DNA of 64,000 nucleotides, from the NCBI GenBank assembly GCA_043228905.1, contig JBHGNT010000002.1, positions 21,018,001 through 21,082,000 of the forward strand. Reading direction: 5' to 3'. Origin of the DNA: Azolla caroliniana (taxonomy: Eukaryota > Plantae > Polypodiophyta). Made by a program: the position numbers and the translations under genes. The notes under the pieces were generated by a model. The model was given only the letters and a program-made list of their open reading frames with translations. It was not told the DNA's origin and made no database searches. Of the stretch, positions 34,101 through 46,600 are shown piece after piece (within the stretch, counting starts at the first letter, position 1; each line of letters starts with the position of its first letter).

Positions 34101-36368
34101 CGGCCAGATCCCGTAGACTTTGGGTCCGACGCGACCCCTTTTATCCGTAACTCGTTGCCCTCCAGCAAGGGTGCCGCCATTGGCCTAACCTTCCGGTCCA
34201 CAGTCTTGTACTTCGTATGCACATGGGCCGTCCGATCCAACTCGACCCTCTCCCCGAAGTCGGTGATGACTTCGTACATCCTTTCTAAACTAACCGGAAT
34301 CGTCCGGTCTTCGCTGAGGCCTTCTTCGAACACCTTCCTTAATTCCCCCTAGGTGTCATCGAAAGAGACCGCCTCCATGACTCCACCAATCTCATCGTCG
34401 GGGCCTAGGACTCCGCACGCCCTAAGACGTCCCTCTGCCCGTTTCTTCTCCCCGCTGTTAATGCTGGTTATCGTATGCCTCCATTGTCGGAGAACCAAAA
34501 TTTTCTATCTACAGTACAGGGTTTCCTTCCTATGGTACACGTGTGGGGTGTTTCTGGGGTGTCTGGACTATCGCGGCCCGACGCCTTGATAGCCCTCTCT
34601 AAAAATCCCCTTGGTTTTCGCCGCTAAGGGTCTGGTGGTTGCGCTCGTGGTTCGGTCACACCGTCTGAAATTGGACGAGTGTTGCCCATCTTGGCTCTTC
34701 ACACGTGTGTACGCCGAACCGTTATCCAGCACCTTCGTCTCCATGCGTGCTGCCATAATGTACGGTTCTCCGAGTATCACCGGATGCGAGGATATCTCCT
34801 GCACGAAGAAGTGCTGGTCAATCTCGACATCACAGTTTTTCACCCTTACATTTGGGCAGGCCCCGTGTAGCTCCTCCGTGGCGCGCATCGCCGCTCGTAT
34901 TTTCCACCCGTGCTTGGTATTGATTGGCCACTTGCCCTTCTTGTAGAAGTCCATAGACATCAGGTTGATCTCCGAACCATGGTCTACCAACACCACCACC
35001 GGCTCCTAGACGTCTCCAATCCTAACCAGGGTCTCCGTAGTGGCTCTTGGCTAGTGTAGCTTTGAATAGTGACTTTCTACCAACTCGTCCCTCCTTGCCT
35101 GTGCAATCTGGAGGTCTCGTACCATCTACGTCAGCTCCTCTGGGCGGGCCCTTGACCACGTTGGTCGAAGCCGAGCCTATCTCAAGCCAATCCCGGGCTT
35201 CCTCCCTTCGCGCCGATGGGGGTCCCTCGAGCTTCTTTGCTGCAACCGCTCCTGCTTCCGATGAGCTCTTGTCGGCCCACTCACGCCGTTTGTCGAAACG
35301 GCCACAAACCCCTTTTACCATGGCCCAGTCGGCCATCAGCCCATCGTCCGTTTCCAGCAGGAGACCCACTTGCTCCCGATCCCGCTCGTCCACAGCTTTG
35401 ATGAATAATAGAACATGGCTCGTGTCCAATATGGTCCTATCCAATGCCGAAAGTCATGCAAAGCGTTCCTCAAACTCCCGGAGGAGCACCGACGCATTCC
35501 TCCCCTTCCCAGGGGTCTCTACCCAATCCACGAAGTCCCGCTTCGTTAACCGAAGTGTGTCATCAAGCCCATACAGTTCGAGGAGCCACACTTTGAATTC
35601 TCCCCAGGTCCGGCATCCAGCTTGCACCTCGAGCACCTCTGCGTGGATGCCTAGTGTCGCCCTAAGGGAACCCAACCAGACGCCTTTCCTCCGGGATGTC
35701 CCTCATCACCATTTTGGCTTGGTAGGCCACCAAATAACTCGTGGCATCCTTCCCATCGAACCGGCCTATTGTGACGACAATTGCTTCAATGGCCCTGTCG
35801 AGGGCACCCATGCCCTCACGAGCACTTACTATCTGATTGACTGCTGCCGCCATGGCTTCGGCGAGCTCTGATCCCCTCATCTTCGATTCCTCTATCGCCT
35901 TGTTTCATGTCGGGTTCACCAAATAATGTCGTGTTATTCTGCACGCGTAGGAGAAACCAAGGCGGAACTGCGGGGGCCCTAAACCGGGGAATAGCTGGAC
36001 AGAAGGAGGAGCACACGAACATACGGCCCAACCGCGCACACACAGATTCACAGAGACCTCACAAACAAGGTTCAACAACGAGTGAGGCGAATGTGTATAT
36101 ATATATATATAATCAAGATTACAGCCGGCTAGCCGGCAAGTGCCAACTTGCTGACACCAACTTACACAACGCACACAACAACAAGAGATGGACCCTCTGC
36201 TGGAAGCACTCGGGCTTTCCACGAAGCAGAGGCTGCCTCCCCAAACCCTGCAGAAAATGATGAAAGATAGAGGAGAAGAGCTCGGTTCCAGTCCGATAGC
36301 ACTTACTCCTCGACAAAAGCGATCCCTCTCTCGGCCTTCATCATCTTTATTCTCTGTCATTTCGGACA
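31140..36368 (-). mobile_element. Degenerate Ty3/Gypsy element with tRNA-Trp-type PBS; LTR 35927-36368; no second LTR seen
   Basis: Gag RFDGKDATSYL; PR DHGSEINLM; RT LPQG..PFLDD; RH; INT TTAYNPKANGKVER..FGPY (PR-RT-RH-INT order). PBS at 35904-35921. Confidence 0.88.
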
Positions 36369-36529
36369 AAGATACACTACCATTTCCTAAACAATAAATG
36401 TGTACTACCTACTATCTTCACATCAACTGAATTCCTCCTAAGTATGTACAAGTTATTTAATAGCGTGCCCACACGTAAGGGCCAATTCTTGCGCATATTT
36501 CCTTGATTCCTCCTAGGGGCGGTTTTCTC

Positions 36530-37075
36530 CACGACAACGCTTTGACTCCGGCCGCTTGTGGAGGGTTTGGAACTGCTATCGGCACTATCTCTGTGCCTTG
36601 GGTTCTGCTCTTGTCGGCCGCTTGCATTGCTGCTGACCCACCTCATTCTCCACGCCCACAAGCCCAATCCGCCTCCGTGTAAAACATCCGATTGTCCGAT
36701 TGAGTGGTCCTTGACACACTTGCGTGGTTTTCTTTGAATTGACATACCCCTACCGTTGTGCTAGACCATTGAGGAAGATCTCGCCCTCGTCCAATGTCAC
36801 GTTATTAGAACCAAGTGTGTCACACCTCCTTGGTCTTGGTGGTGTAATCGGTAACCGACATGCCTTTTGTCAGATATTGTTGAGCTCTTGTCGGAGCTGC
36901 AACGTTCGAGCTATGGTACTTGCGACGAAAATCTTCTGAAGATTTTCCCAGGCCTCCTTTTGTGACTTTGCATCTTTGATGTAGCCTAGCATCTAGTCGT
37001 CCACATAGGACACGAGGCAATACAACACTCTGCTCGCTCCTTGCTCCCATACCGGGAAGTCCTTGTGTGCCGAAT
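36530..37075 (-). pseudogene. Copia gag fragment related to 16892-17713
   Basis: HKDFPVWEQGASRVLY...MSVTDYTTK. Confidence 0.75.
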
Positions 37076-38373
37076 TCGGTGTATCTGAACAATCACTTCC
37101 CAAAGCTATGTCATCCCCTTTAGCCCCATCCAATGAACTAGAAGAGGTTTGTGAGGTCTCATCCTCATCATCACTAGCAACCAACACATTGTCTTCATCC
37201 AATTGCAAACCAACGTCACCGTGATTATGAGACATGCTCCTTGTTCTTCTTTGTCTCGTTGTGGGAGCTACATTTGGTATCTTCACGTTTATTATCTTGG
37301 TTATGGTTTGTCTTAGATGGTGTGTTTTGGTCAAGGAGAAGTCATACACTAATATGTCTACATTATCCAATGTGAGAGTAGACGTCCTCAGTACATTCTT
37401 TCTTCTCCGGTTTCTGTGTGTGCCTTCGACATCCTTAACCATCTCTAAAGAGTACTTCCCAGTAAATGCATCTGGGGAAGAGGTATGATACCAATAAACC
37501 ACAATGGACATAACTTGATTGCCTTGTTCATCCTTAATCATTTCAAGAATTCTAGCAAACCAAAAGGGATGACCCAACTCATCACCCCCAGCTAATGTTG
37601 CAACCAACATACCAACTTGTAGCTCATGCAAATTGCCTTTCCATCTTGCCATTCAACATTCAACACCACCATTCAACATCCTAATCACCAGTGTACTTCT
37701 TGGTGCACTCAATATTTTTTTATTTCTCTTCCAAGCATCGCATCCAATATATCTTTTGCGCTTCAATCAAACTATCAAGAGTCAATCTTTTATCGTTGTC
37801 ATACGAAATTTGTTCTACACCATGGATTACCGCATCAGGAAAACGCAATAAAAGCCTACATCCCTCTTGTGGCTCTCATCGTGAACTAGATGAGTATTGC
37901 TCATAGAACTTCTTTTTATGAGGAAGATGTGGTTAAAATTGATATTATTAAGCGGGACAAGAACCCTACATAGAGCCCCATCACCATCCACGCAAAAGCA
38001 TTTAAAATCATAAACTTCATCCAAATGATGTACTTCTTGCTTTGTGGTATAAGCTTCAACGATCAACTTTAACAGCGTAGGAAACATGAAAGCATCACAT
38101 CTCGCTAATTTCTTTGAGAACCTACTAAATGTTTGATCTTTATGATCATATGTATGACCAACTAGTAAGAAGTTGACCTTCATCTTTTTTAATATGCCCC
38201 TCTCTACTAGCATTCTTAAATAACCAAACACAGCTGAGTTTTTGTTTTCTCCGGCCGTGTTGTCTAGTTGCACGTATAGTACTAGCGGGAGAATACCTTG
38301 TCAAGTCTATAAAAAATTTTGCATGACATATTAAACATATTGGGTCACCGATAGAAGGCATTCATCTCTTTTT
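37076..38373 (-). pseudogene. Decayed paralogue of the Sola-like transposase
   Basis: QLDNTAGENKN..FLLVGHTYDHKDQTFS; WKGNLHELQVGMLVATL..FW..YWYHT..STLTLDNVDILVYDFSLTK. Confidence 0.9.
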
Positions 38374-39013
38374 GAACATAGTCCGGGTGATCGAATGGTT
38401 AGTGTGGTTGAACATCTTTTTGTGGGGTACTACGATGCAATTACGAAGAAGAAGGCTTGGGCACATGTGAATGAAAGAAATATGTACATCTTGTGCCCAG
38501 CGGTAACAAAGAAGTTATGCCATGTATCTAACGATAAGAGCCTGTTGGTGAACCCCTACCAAAAACCACAAAGATTAATCAACCGCCTCATCGACCTATT
38601 TGAATTTTAGATTTGTTTTCTGGCACATGTATATAATATAAAACTTGTCACATCAATTTAGATTAACGTATAGTCTATTCTTTAGTTTGTTTGAACATGT
38701 GTAGTTTCATACTACTATTAGGTACTACCACAATATGCACATTAAAGATGTTCAAGAACTCTGTTCCATTAGAGAAGGACCCTGAGCAGGTTAACATCAT
38801 CAAAATGAGGATCCAAGGTATCTAGGATTGTCCTTATCAAGACCAAGAAGTTGGGGCAAAGCAGATCAATGAAATAGATATGTTCCAGATGACTTCTAGA
38901 GAACCAATGGAACCTATAGATGAAAAAGCAAGGGATCTTGTGAACTTAGAAGGTGTGTCAAAGCCCTAACATACTAAAGATTCTATTGAGCTTATTGATG
39001 AAGCCAATGAGGA
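38374..39013 (+). pseudogene. Decayed C-terminal exons of an MTase paralogue
   Basis: LVNPYQKPQRLINRLIDLF, then after an intron GTTTICTLKMFKNSVPLEKD...QDQEVGAK, homologous to 8112-8727. Confidence 0.85.
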
Positions 39014-39659
39014 CAATCCTGATCAAATAGCTAATCTTGAAGAGCCTCCCTTACCGGAGTTACTATTGGATTGAATGCATATGGCTTATTCTAAAGTTTG
39101 AACAATATTAATTGTTAATTTAAGTTTGGTGTAATATATAATTTGAGCTTATTTCTAATTTGCGAGTAACACTTATTGAACTTAGAGTTTAAGTATAATT
39201 TTTATGTGTATATGTTGGACTCTAAAGTCTACATTATCATTTGGGGTATTCACTTGATAAATTTATACTCTGTCATTTGTTCGTATGATTTGGAAGTTAT
39301 TGCAACCTAGTTTATTTTTACATTAACAATGTCATGTGTCACGTGTCAATGGAATATTTCTCTCAACATAGTAACATCTCTTAATTGTAACATTCACAAA
39401 TTGCTTTAAGATTTATTATATATAAATATACACACAAAATTAGAAGAAGAAACTTATTTAGTGGGGTATGACTTTTAGATTATGCACAATGACTAGTGAT
39501 ACAATTTTACTTGCATTGACTTCCATACCATACACTAGATTTGGTAAAAAGCATGGTAGACAGAATATATGCTTGATGATTTTGTTGTCATGATATTATT
39601 TAGTTCTATTTTTCGTTATGTTTCACGAAACCATGTACACATGCATCGAGCCTTTTTGA

Positions 39660-40170
39660 AATTCTACTAAAATAAGGCATTTTTTAACATCTCACCAACA
39701 TATGAAAAAGAGAATGCGACATATTAGCTGTTTCAAATGACCTGGTGTTGCTAGGTTTATTGCAACTAAAATCACGATAATTGCTTGTAAATTGGCTTAC
39801 CAATTTGTTGATGAGTTGTTTCATTTTTAAGGGTTACCAATAGATATTGTGAATGATCACGATTGAAAGTGTAGTAGTGACTTTTGGACGAAAATCCTTA
39901 AGAAGTTAGAAAGAACCTTGAGCATGAGATCCACATATCATCTTCAATCAGATGCATAGAAGAAATGCATGAATAAAAATTTTAATGACATGCTTGGAGC
40001 ATACATTCTTGCAAAGCGAACAAAATGGGAATGTTATCTCCCAACTTTTGTGTTTGCTTATAATAGCTCCAAGCATATATCAACGGGATCTAGTCCTTTT
40101 ATATTTATGTATGTATTTGAGCCACATGCCCCTCTTGATACAAAACTTTCCAAGGGATATCCAAGATAAT
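39660..40170 (+). pseudogene. Highly degenerate Gypsy-type integrase fragment
   Basis: GLPIDIV..FWT..STYHLQSD..WECYLPTFVFAYNSSKHISTGSSPF. Confidence 0.65.
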
Positions 40171-40697
40171 ATTGCATATTTCTGGACATAATGTATAAAA
40201 ACCTCAAGATACAATACGTTTTTATGCCAACTAGAATAGGCAACCCTGTGTATTCAGCCTTGGACATAATGTACTTCTATGTGTGCCTCAAGATTCAAAA
40301 ACATTGTCTATGGGTCTATGCTAGTGTAATCACCCAGTCTTTCTTGTAAGTCATTTAAAAGAACTTAATGATTTTGGCAATAATCTACTTAAAATCAAAA
40401 TTTCCATTATGACCTTTAGTGTTATATTTATTACAAACATATGTGACGAGGACAATTTTGATCTCACCAAGCTTAGATTACAAATGTTGTTATAACTCTG
40501 TTATTGCTTATTCCACTTTGTACACTAGCAAATTTGCTTTAAACTTTGATCTTCCCCAACTTAGATTACAAATGATGTTATTACTCTCTGTTGTTAATTA
40601 TTCCACTTTGTACAATACCTTATAATATTCACCCCCTACAATTGTTTTTGCAACCTTGTCCCCTTCAACAATTAGTGATTTTGTGAGTATATTTGAT

Positions 40698-43600
40698 TCA
40701 AGCATAAATGGCATAAGGATTTGCATTCATTCTCATTTCCATGTCAATGGGATGGTGAGGATCTGGTTTTCTATTCCTTCTGCATTGATTCACTTGGAAC
40801 GATAAACATCTTAACAATATTATTCCAACATACGACGCCACTATGACAATGAATAGACCCCCGTAACTATGGAGAGACATTTTTACTGTGTCAGGAGAAT
40901 TTGTAATGCAGACTCCAGAACCGAGCCACTTATCCTTGATCCTTTGAAGATCTCCGTTTTGTTGTAAAGATAGAATAGAAAGTGACATATCATTAGTTAA
41001 GGATGAGTTCTTTTGAAATGCCTGCAGGCGAGGGGGGAAATCCCTTAATAGACCACATCGATTGAAGAATATCCATATGGAAGTGGCAAGTTTAAATGCG
41101 ATCAAGAATACTTACAAATGCAAATCCGCCAAAGTAGCCAATGTTCGAGTCAACGATCGTGTATTTGCATCCTAGGTTGGTAAGGAAGGTTGCCAAGTAA
41201 GGTGACTCATCAATAATTGCCGACACATTACCTGACGTCAATGCATTGTCATAATCTTCTTGCGTAATCAAGTTCATGAGTCGTTCTGATGAAATGAAGA
41301 GGTTATTCTTCAAGTAATTTACTTCGAATGAACCTTCTTGACATCCTATTTTTAGATGACTTTTTTGCAAGTCTGCGAAACTTCGAATGGTTGGACGTTG
41401 TTGTTGTTGTTGCGCTATTAATATAGATGACAAGCTTGCTATATAGCTCGATGTAAATATGAGTACAAAAACTAGCCAAACTAGTGTGAATGCTCGACCT
41501 GAGTGGGTTTTGGCGTCATCCCCTGCGAAGCATTCCCTTTGTTTAGTAAAATGTGTCGAACATTTTCAAGGACAATATTAATATATGATATCTAAAAAAT
41601 TTTGAACTTAGGTTTTCTTATATTCAACAATATTTATCCACTCATCATGTATAATCTGAATGTGTACTTACTATGAGAGAAGAAGATGGCCATGGCTGTC
41701 AACCTGGCAAGATCAATAAATAATTGATGGAATACAAATTAGAAACGATGTATTCTATTAGAATTTAGATAATAAAAACAAGACTATAGAGATGGGTTTT
41801 GAATAATGAGGATAATGTTTGGTTAAAAACCAAACCATGGAATGAACATTTAACTAGCAAAGAGAAAGAGAGAGTTGTAATGCGTAGGTAATGCCACTAC
41901 CCTTACTAACATAGATTTGATGAGGTAATAGGTCATACCAAACCATTGGGAATGTACATAGAACAATATAATCACATCTGTCACATTATTTACCATTCCA
42001 CAAATCATATAGTTTCTGCTTCCTTTCATTAAGACTTTCCAATTACCAACATTTTGGGAAGGACAAGTGAGACAATATGTTATTTAGGTACTCAATTATA
42101 TAATGAGTTCTAGGGGGGTTGTTAGGAATATGTCCCTCCTATGGGAGGAACCAACTGGTCAGGCCGAGAGCCGACAATCGATGTCACAGAGAGCGGACAA
42201 TTGAAGACAAGGACTGGCCAACTGGTCGGGCCGAGAGGCAACAATCGATGTCATAGAGAGTCAACAATAGACGATCCAAGTCGAAGACAAGACCGACTAG
42301 TCAGACCGACCGGAGGGTCGACGACAAGGCCGATTAGTCGGGCCGACTAGACAATCGACACTGGAGTCGACTACTCGATCAGTCAGTTGATTAACTGCGA
42401 TTATTGTTAGTATAATAATAGAAGTGAGAGTAGTACTAAGGAACTATATTTGTAAATAACCCATAGGTGTATAAGTATAAATACACTTAGGGCAAAACAT
42501 CGTGTGATGCATTGTAGAAAAGAAAGAATAGAATAGCGTAGAGTTCCTATAGATGTGTGTTACAGAGTGAAGAGTGAGTGTGATAGTGAGAGTAGTACTA
42601 AGGAACTATATTAGTAAATAACCCATAATGTGTATAAGTATAAATACACTTAGAGAAAAACATAGTGTGATGCATTGTAGAATAGAAAGAATAGAATAGC
42701 GTAGAGTTCCTATAGATGTGTGTTACAGAGTTAATAGTGCGTGCGTGATAGTGAGAGTAGCGCCATAGTTGTGTGAGCTTAGTAACTGTGTGTTACAGAG
42801 TGAAGAGTGAGAGTGGCGCCATAGCTGTGTGAGCTTAGATGCCAAGAACCCTACATGGCGGATACACTCTATGTAGAGAGAGTGTTGTATACTATCTCCT
42901 TTGTATTCTCCATTGTATAGTGGATCTTTGTTCCCGTGGTTTGCCCCGTTTAGGGTTTCCACATTAAATTGTGTATTCTGTGCATTTGTTGTTTTTCTAT
43001 TTCCGCATTATTGTGCATTTCACAATCAGATTTCCTCATAAATCTCCATGATCGAAGACCAACAAACTGGTATCAGAGCTGGAGGTGCAAGCATGGAAGC
43101 ATGCGTGAGTGGCTTCCTAGGCATGATAGTTCTACACTTTTAGAACTTTGCAGATTGGAAGATAAAGATGGAAGTCCTTATCATAATCAAAGACCTATAC
43201 GAGCCCATCGACAGAGCATAAATACCCCCGGGACTATTAGAGTTTGAATGGAAAGTTCTGAACAGAAAGGCGGTGGCCACCATCAGATAGTGTGTCGATG
43301 TGAGTTTCCTTCAACATGTGGTGAACGTCACAAATGCCTATGAGATGTGCCAGAACTTGTCAGGTCTATATGAGAGGAAGAATGTCATCAATGAAACATC
43401 TTTGATGAGAAAGATTGTGAGGTTGAAGTATAGGGAAAGGGAAAGCACAGTCGAGCATGTAAGCACATTCATGTGGTATGTAAACCAAATTGCAGCAACT
43501 AAGTTTCCCCTTGAGGATACAATGCAGGCCATTCTGTCATTGTGTAGACTACCGGACAGGTGGGAGAACCTGGTGGTTACTCTCAACACCTCATTTCAAG

Positions 43601-46600
43601 AAGAGAACTTGTCGCTACAAACGGTAAAGATAAGCCTCTTTAACGAGGAGACAAGAAGGAAGGACAAGGGTTTCAAATCTGACTCAACATACATGTAGAG
43701 GAAGAAATCGGCAAAGAAGTCCACAAAGAAGGGACAAGTCCTAAGCCAGATCCAAGTCCAAAAGCAAGCTAACATGCTTCTATTGTGGATAGCCTAGACA
43801 CTTCCAAAAGGACTGTGAACACATGAGGAAGGACAAAGGTGTCCATAATAATGTCGAACCCAGGAAGATTCCTGATGAAAAGGGCACATTGGTCGTAGAT
43901 ACAAGTGTTAAGGAGATCTTGTTCATTTGTGAACAGGCAAGCACAAATCTTGCAAGTGAAGAGTGTACGTGGGTAATCGACTCAGGTGGATCTTTCCACA
44001 TAACTCCGTCGAGAGAGTGTTTCTCGACTTACATAGCTAGGGATCATGGCTATCTAAAGATGGGAGATAATGGGGAGTGCAAGATAGCGGACATAGGAAG
44101 TGTAAGCCTAATGATGTTGATAGATTATCGATTTAATCTGAGGGAAGTTCTAGATGTCCCCGATATCAGATTGATTTGATATCGACTGGAAGGCTAGACG
44201 ATGAAGGCTACAATGGTAGCTTTTGAAACGGCAAGTGGAAGTTCTATCGAGGAAACCTCATAGTGGTCCGAGCACAAAAAGAGGGCACATTGTATATGAT
44301 GCATGCCCGACTGTACAAGTCGAAAGTGAACTTGGTAGCCAACTCGAGTGGAGAGTTATGGCATAAGAGGATAGACCATATGAGTTAGAAGGGAATGCAT
44401 CTACTAGTTGACCAGGAACTTCTCCCGGAAGTGAAAGGAGTACACTTGGAGAAGTGTGTCGGCTGCTTAGTCGGAAAGTAGAACAGAGCAGCATTCTACT
44501 CAAGACCACCAAGAAGAGAAGTGCTCTTGGAACTAGTGCACACCAACGTGTGCTATGTGGAGGCTCCATCACATCGAGGCGGACAGTACTTCGTCACGTT
44601 CATCGATGACTACAGTCGAAAATTGTGGACTTTAGTACTAAAATTGAAGGATCAAGTATTGTCGTTCTTCAAGGAGTTCCAAGCAAGGGCAAAAAGAGAG
44701 TCAAGTCAGAAGTTGAAGGTGGTCCGAACCGACAACAGTGGCGAATATAGAGGGCATTTCGAAGAATACTGCAAGGACCAAAGTATTCGAATCGAATACA
44801 CAGTGCCAAAGACCCCAGCAATAAACAGGCTTACAAAGAGGATGAATCAGATGATAATGGAAAGAGTAAGGAGCATGATGTTGCATGCTATGCTGGCGAA
44901 AATGTACTGGACTGAGGCGATGTACACAACTGTTTATTTGATCAATAGGTCTCCCTCAATACCATTGAAAGGTGATGTCCCACATTAGCCCAAAGTCTTT
45001 GCGAAGAAAGAGAAAGAGAACCTACTATGTCAACTAAAGAAAATCTTGTATGGTTCAAAACAAGCTCCATGCCAATGGTATAAGAAGTTCGAGTCCTTCA
45101 TGTTGGAATATAGGTTCCAGAAAACACAAGTTGATCACTATGTGTATGTAAAGAGGTATGATGAAGGTTACTTCTTAATTCTCTTATTATATGTGGATGA
45201 CATCTTGAGAGTCGGACAAGACATGAAGAGGATCTTGAGCTAAAAGAAAGCTCTAGGCAAGTTGTTTGCAATAAAAGATCTTGGACCCACTAAACAGATT
45301 TTAGGGATGCGCATAGTTTGGGACAGAACTAAGAAAGTGTTGTGGTTGTCACAAGAGAAGTATGTGACAAAGATCCTAGAAAGATTCAACATCTCGGAAG
45401 CAAAGCTAGTCGGCTCTATGTTACCGGCCAACTAAGTTGAATGTTAAGCAATGCCTAAGGGGTGAGAAAGAAAAGGTTGAGATGAGGAAAGTACGATATG
45501 CCTTAGCCGTCGGCAGTTTAATGTATGCTATGGTTTGTACGAGACCATACATAGCATTTGCTATGGGGACAATAAGCCGATATAGGAGTAATCTAGGAAG
45601 AGAACATTGGGCAACTGTTAAATAAATACACAAGTACTTGAAAGGCACCTTTGGGGTATGCCTAAGGTATGGTTGAAGGGTTTACCGACTTGGAAACATT
45701 GGGGGACACAAACTCAAGTTCATCCACTTCAGGGTACATGATGACTTATGCATGGGGAGTAATGTCATGGCAGTCACAACTTCAAAAAATATGTGGCCTT
45801 GTTCACCATAGAGGCAGAGTATATGGCAGCGGTAGAGGCCGGAAAAGAGCTGATCTGGATGAGAAATTTTCTCAGTGAGTTAGGAATGAAGCAAAGGGAG
45901 TCCTTGCTTCACTGTGATAGCCACAACCCCATACATCTAGCCAAGAACGCTATGTACCACTCCTGAACCAAGCACATATAGAGAAGGTATCACTGGTTAC
46001 AGGAGAGAGTGGAAGATGGAGAGTTTACTCTTGTGAAGATCCATACTGACTAAAATGGATCCGACATGCTCACGAAGAACCTATCGATGGACAAACTCAA
46101 AGTAAGTCGACAAAGGACAGGGCTAACTAACTCCACCCATAGGAGTGAAGGGGGAGTTTGTTAGGGATATGTCCCTCCTATGGGAGGAGCCGATAGTCGA
46201 AGACAAGGAGTAGCTGACTGGTCGGGCCGGGAGACAACAGTCGATGTCAAGGAGAGTCGACAACAGAGGATCCAAGTCGAAAACTAGACCGACTAGTCGA
46301 GCCGACCGGACTGTCAACGACAAGGCCAATTAGTCGGGCGAACTGGACAGTCGACACTAGAGTCGACTAGTTGAATTGACTATTCAATCAATCGGTTGAT
46401 TATTTTCTATTATTATTAGTATAATAATAGAAGTAAGAGTAGTAGGAACAGAGTGAAGAGTGAGAGTGAGAGTGACGCCAAGACTCTGTGCAGAGAGAGT
46501 GTTTTATATTGTCTCCTTTGTATTCTCCATTGTATAGTGGATCTCTATTCCCGTGGTTTTCCCTGTTTAGGACTTCCACGTAAAACTGTGTACTCTGTGC

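Noticed and set aside
36993-37652. 219-aa ORF as a real transposase-Gag fusion protein
   Set aside because: Chance in-frame junction between two decayed fragments.
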